DNA of 64,000 nucleotides from an uncultured Nitrospiraceae bacterium. GTDB taxonomy: Bacteria > Nitrospirota > Nitrospiria > Nitrospirales > Nitrospiraceae. A program made the translations under genes and the position numbers. Where the stretch lies: the NCBI GenBank assembly GCA_963706325.1, contig CAVPLT010000001.1, positions 256,001 through 320,000 of the forward strand, given 5' to 3'. Shown here one piece after another: positions 60,523 to 64,000 of this stretch (positions are counted from its first letter, which is position 1; every line of letters begins with the position of its first letter). The notes below the pieces were generated by a model. It saw nothing but the letters and a program-made list of their open reading frames with translations. It did not search any database and was not told where the DNA came from.

Positions 60523-61449
60523 TTACTTCGGCTGAGCCGACAATTCTCCTACGCCTTCTTTCACATCCCGTGCGCAGCGAAACCCGAGCCAATTCATTTT
60601 CGTAGTGGGCTCCGTCCCGTTACGTTGAGCAGGCCGCACGGAAGGCGTGCTGTCGATCCAGCCGCCGCCGCGAAAGGCTTTCTGTGTCCCGGTTTCCGGC
60701 CCCTTGGGATTTCGGTCTGGCGCCGTTTTATAATATTTCGGATCGTACCAATCGTCAGTCCATTCCGCCACATTGCCGGCCATCTGGTAGACGCCATAGG
60801 GACTGACTGAATTTTCGTATTTGTCCACGGAGACGATCGGCGGATAGAGCAACAATCGCTCCGGACGATCCCGCACGGGTCCCGACAGTCCGGTCCGGCC
60901 AAAGTTGGCTCTGGAGAGACCGGCCATTTGATTGCCCCAGGGATAAATTCGGCCATCCTCTCCCCTCGCGGCCTTTTCCCACTCCGCCGAGGTGGGCAAT
61001 CGTTTGCCGGCCCATTTACAATAGGCTTCTGCATCAAACCATGAGACATGCATGACCGGGTGACTGGCCATCGTGTCCTGGAAATTACCACCATCATATT
61101 GCCAATCGATCAAGGGGGCGCGATTCGAAGCCAGGACGAATTTCAAGAATTGCACCGTGGTCACTTCATACTTGTCGATCTCATAGGCGTCGAGATAGAC
61201 CTTTCGCTGCGGGAACTCGGCCGCATAGGAATTTTTGTCAACTTTCTTATCACTCCCCATCAAAAACTCGCCGGCAGGTATTCGGATCATCTCGTCATGC
61301 GCCGGCAGCTTGATCCGTTCGGCGGCCAGTTTTTTACCGTCCGGGGTCCATTCCCTAGTCACGTCGGCAACGTCCAGCGCGTAGAGGCCGCCGCTGAGTG
61401 TCAGGACACCCGCCACCATGACCCCTGCAATTCTTCCTATCTTTCGCAC
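60523..61449 (-). CDS. Exported FGE-sulfatase domain protein
   Basis: YEVT, RLPTSAEWEKAARG, MAGNVAEW, GFRC. AAGGAGG RBS before GTG. Confidence 0.9.
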   Translation of the reverse strand: MRKIGRIAGVMVAGVLTLSGGLYALDVADVTREWTPDGKKLAAERIKLPAHDEMIRIPAGEFLMGSDKKVDKNSYAAEFPQRKVYLDAYEIDKYEVTTVQFLKFVLASNRAPLIDWQYDGGNFQDTMASHPVMHVSWFDAEAYCKWAGKRLPTSAEWEKAARGEDGRIYPWGNQMAGLSRANFGRTGLSGPVRDRPERLLLYPPIVSVDKYENSVSPYGVYQMAGNVAEWTDDWYDPKYYKTAPDRNPKGPETGTQKAFRGGGWIDSTPSVRPAQRNGTEPTTKMNWLGFRCARDVKEGVGELSAQPK

Positions 61450-61480
61450 TATCACAGCCCTCCTTGTCCCGGTCCACACG

Positions 61481-62077
61481 TTACATCGGCTGTTGCGCCG
61501 GCGCCGGAGAAGCCGGCTGCTGATCGAACTCTTCCAACGGCTCGAAATTGAGCGGCAACTGGAACAGATAATCGATCACCGGGCGCAACTTGACATGCTG
61601 ATACTCGACGATCCAACTTCCGTCTTTCTTCGCCAGTTTCATCGGGAAGCGAATGTCCGTAGCCAGCCATTGATAATAGACTTCCGTCCGTTCGCCTTGC
61701 TTGACCGTGACTTCGTAAAGGGTCGTTGGATGCCCCTCTCGCGTTTCCGTTCCGATTTCTTCGCGTGCGACTTCGCCCTCCAGCCGCTCCGACACTTGCA
61801 GGTCTTGCTCGGCACTATAGGGCAGGGTCTTAAAACGCTTGATTCGCGACAACAATAACCACACGACATTCTTATCTTTCCGCACGATGCTGACATTGAC
61901 CGGCCCCATCGAATGGTGTTCGATCCGCCACATACTGTCGCGGTAGTAGATATTGGATTTTTGGGTGCGCCCATTTATCTTGGTCACTTGATCGGCCGTA
62001 AACTCCAACGCCTGGGCTTCAATGGCGCCGCAGATGAAGAGGCCCAACAATAATGACCATGACTTACAAGTGCGCAT
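61481..62077 (-). CDS. Exported DUF4412-like (LolA-like beta-sheet) protein
   Basis: EFTAD, IVRKDK, G.E...GHPT..YEV, FP.K, LFQLP. Confidence 0.65.
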   Translation of the reverse strand: MRTCKSWSLLLGLFICGAIEAQALEFTADQVTKINGRTQKSNIYYRDSMWRIEHHSMGPVNVSIVRKDKNVVWLLLSRIKRFKTLPYSAEQDLQVSERLEGEVAREEIGTETREGHPTTLYEVTVKQGERTEVYYQWLATDIRFPMKLAKKDGSWIVEYQHVKLRPVIDYLFQLPLNFEPLEEFDQQPASPAPAQQPM

Positions 62078-62416
62078 CCTGCCTATCCTACCGAGGTGAG
62101 ATGTGAATTTTCCAGAGCTCTTACTATGCATGATACGGCTCAGGACCGTTCCGCTCAATCAACCTGCCGATCTTCCCCTCTGTGGGCCTCACCCTATCCC
62201 GCAAATACGGGCAGCAACCTGTGCGAAAACGCAGCGGTCCGGACTGTTTCTCTAGTGATCGACACGTGATGTGATTGCTGACCCCCGGCAGCACAGGAAG
62301 GGACGGCCTGTATCCCCCAGTTCAGAGATACCTCGCCAGGTGCGCCACCGCGACCACGGTCCGCCCGGCGGAGGCCGAGCAGACACGCAGACCATGAGAC
62401 ACGAGAAGGGTTCGCC

Positions 62417-63028
62417 TTACGGTTTAGCCTTAATACACTCGATGTCGAGCTTGATCAATACCTCGTCGCCGACGATGAGCCCCCCGCCGTCCAGCGCATT
62501 ATTCCAGACCATGCCGAAGTCCTTCCGATTCACTTTACCTTCGGCGGTGAATCCTGCGCGGGTATTGCCCCAGGGGTCTTTTGTGACGCCGTTCAGATTC
62601 CCTGTCAGCGTCATCTCTTTCGTCACGCCACGCAACGTCAGGTCACCGATCGCCGTATAGCCATCTCCGGACTTTTTGTAGCTTTTCATCTTGTAGACCA
62701 TCGTCGGATACTTCTCGACATCGAAGAAATCAGGATTCCTGAGATGGGTATCCCGCTTTTCCTGGTTGGTGGTCACAGATGCCGTCTTGATCGTGGCGTC
62801 AATTGCCTTGACGGTCCCGGCATCGGGATCCATTTCGATGAAGCCGGTGTAGTCTTTGAAGTGGCCCGTGGTCTTGGAGATCACCATGTGGGCCACCTTG
62901 AACTCCACGATCGAATGATCCGGGTCCACATCGTATCGCGCGGTTTCAGCAGACGTGTACGCTGCATTGAGCAGCACACTCGCGCCTAGACAGAGCATGG
63001 CCATTGCACGACCGGTCCGATTTGTCAT
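62417..63028 (-). CDS. YceI family lipid/polyisoprenoid-binding protein
   Basis: DPDHS.V.FKV.H, RDTHLR..DFF, GDLTLRGVTK, R.DFGM. Confidence 0.93.
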   Translation of the reverse strand: MTNRTGRAMAMLCLGASVLLNAAYTSAETARYDVDPDHSIVEFKVAHMVISKTTGHFKDYTGFIEMDPDAGTVKAIDATIKTASVTTNQEKRDTHLRNPDFFDVEKYPTMVYKMKSYKKSGDGYTAIGDLTLRGVTKEMTLTGNLNGVTKDPWGNTRAGFTAEGKVNRKDFGMVWNNALDGGGLIVGDEVLIKLDIECIKAKP

Positions 63029-63030
63029 AG

Positions 63031-64000
63031 CTACTCCTTTGTAGAACCGCTCGGTGCGGCTCCTTCCTTCGGTGAGGGAGGCGCGGCAGGTTTGGACGAT
63101 TTTTTGTCCACCGTCATCTGCACATCGCGGGTCGCGACTTTCGCCCCAGTACGCATCCGCACATGCACATCGACGATATCTCCGCCCACATCGGGCGGGA
63201 TCGGAGGAAACGGGTGGGCATGGATGATGGTCTGCAGTCCGGCATCGTTCACGTCTCGCGCGCCCGAGCTTTTCTCCAGTTGGATCAGTTGCGCCACACC
63301 ACTCGCATACATTTTGAAATGCACGCGCACCGTCTCGCTGCTGGGCGAGCGGCGAATAGACCGTATTTGCCGGCTCCAGTTCCGGCTGATCAAATCGCTG
63401 ACCTGTTTCCAGTACGCTTTGGATTCTCCCGGTGGAGGCAAAGGCAACAGATCTTCCTCTGCAATGGTCGCGTTGACGGCGAGCACTTGCTCCGTCGCCT
63501 TCTGCACCGCCGCCGGGTCGGCTTCGGGACTTTCCACGAGTGGCCCTGGGGGTATTTCGGCTTCCTCAGGTGGTCGATCACCCAATGTGACGTAGAAATC
63601 ACGTTTCAAAAATTCTTCGAGCCCCGTGATTTTTGCCCGAGCGAAGGAAACCCGCACTCTCACGGCCTTGGGATGCACCGTGGTCCGGCTCTTGAGGGTG
63701 GAATTAGGTTCCAAAATTGCGGTCCCTTGGTACACCGCCGGCGTCGCATCTTCGCTCAATGAAACGGTCTGGCTCTGGAACCCCGCAGACTCGATGATGG
63801 CCATGACCGATTCCGTCCCCGACGGCAACCCACCGAGGGTAAGACTGAGCACGACGTCTTTCCCCGCCTGCACGGAGCCATCCTCTTCGGTACTCACCAG
63901 TTCAAATTGCGCCCATCGTTTGGGACTCACTGCGGTTGCGGACGGAGTTTGGCCGGCAATTGCCGGCAGAGGCAGGAAAGAAAGGCACAATACAATGCCC
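63031..64000 (-). CDS. Exported protein with a TonB/TolA C-terminal-like domain (start probably beyond the window)
   Basis: Y...V...I.RNW, V.F....G, KSSG...ND.A, PFPP.P. Confidence 0.7.
   Translation of the reverse strand, partial: GIVLCLSFLPLPAIAGQTPSATAVSPKRWAQFELVSTEEDGSVQAGKDVVLSLTLGGLPSGTESVMAIIESAGFQSQTVSLSEDATPAVYQGTAILEPNSTLKSRTTVHPKAVRVRVSFARAKITGLEEFLKRDFYVTLGDRPPEEAEIPPGPLVESPEADPAAVQKATEQVLAVNATIAEEDLLPLPPPGESKAYWKQVSDLISRNWSRQIRSIRRSPSSETVRVHFKMYASGVAQLIQLEKSSGARDVNDAGLQTIIHAHPFPPIPPDVGGDIVDVHVRMRTGAKVATRDVQMTVDKKSSKPAAPPSPKEGAAPSGSTKE

Noticed and set aside
62080..62415. Possible riboswitch or ncRNA in a long intergenic region
   Set aside because: No recognisable conserved motif by eye; an Rfam/Infernal scan would be needed.

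Overview
GC-rich bacterial chromosomal window. Gene content and protein style suggest Nitrospira/Nitrospirota (inference). It is mostly housekeeping: alaC-hom-thrC-apgM-lysC; pdxJ-nnr-tsaE-lapA-mutS; rimP-nusA-infB-DUF503-rbfA-truB-rpsO-pnp-M16 peptidase; polA; nth; rpsU; ugd; hemD. Between these blocks lie several uncharacterised loci: (1) a minus-strand cluster of a catalytically dead alkaline-phosphatase-fold exported protein, a small exported protein and five tandem HEAT-repeat genes (31070-37933); (2) a CmlA-like diiron metallo-beta-lactamase-fold gene in a probable operon with a VOC protein and a sugar epimerase, with no NRPS in the window; (3) an AT-richer islet with a split AbiV/HEPN-like gene next to a MITE-like element; (4) two distantly paralogous exported proteins under a near-consensus sigma70 promoter bracketed by inverted repeats; (5) a Met-less, nitrosocyanin-like cupredoxin; (6) DsrE/TusA sulfur-relay genes. 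The nusA-infB-DUF503 stretch has many single-base frameshifts, most likely assembly errors. I saw no rRNA, tRNA or CRISPR array. All family calls come from motif recognition by eye, not database searches. Many start codons were re-chosen by hand.
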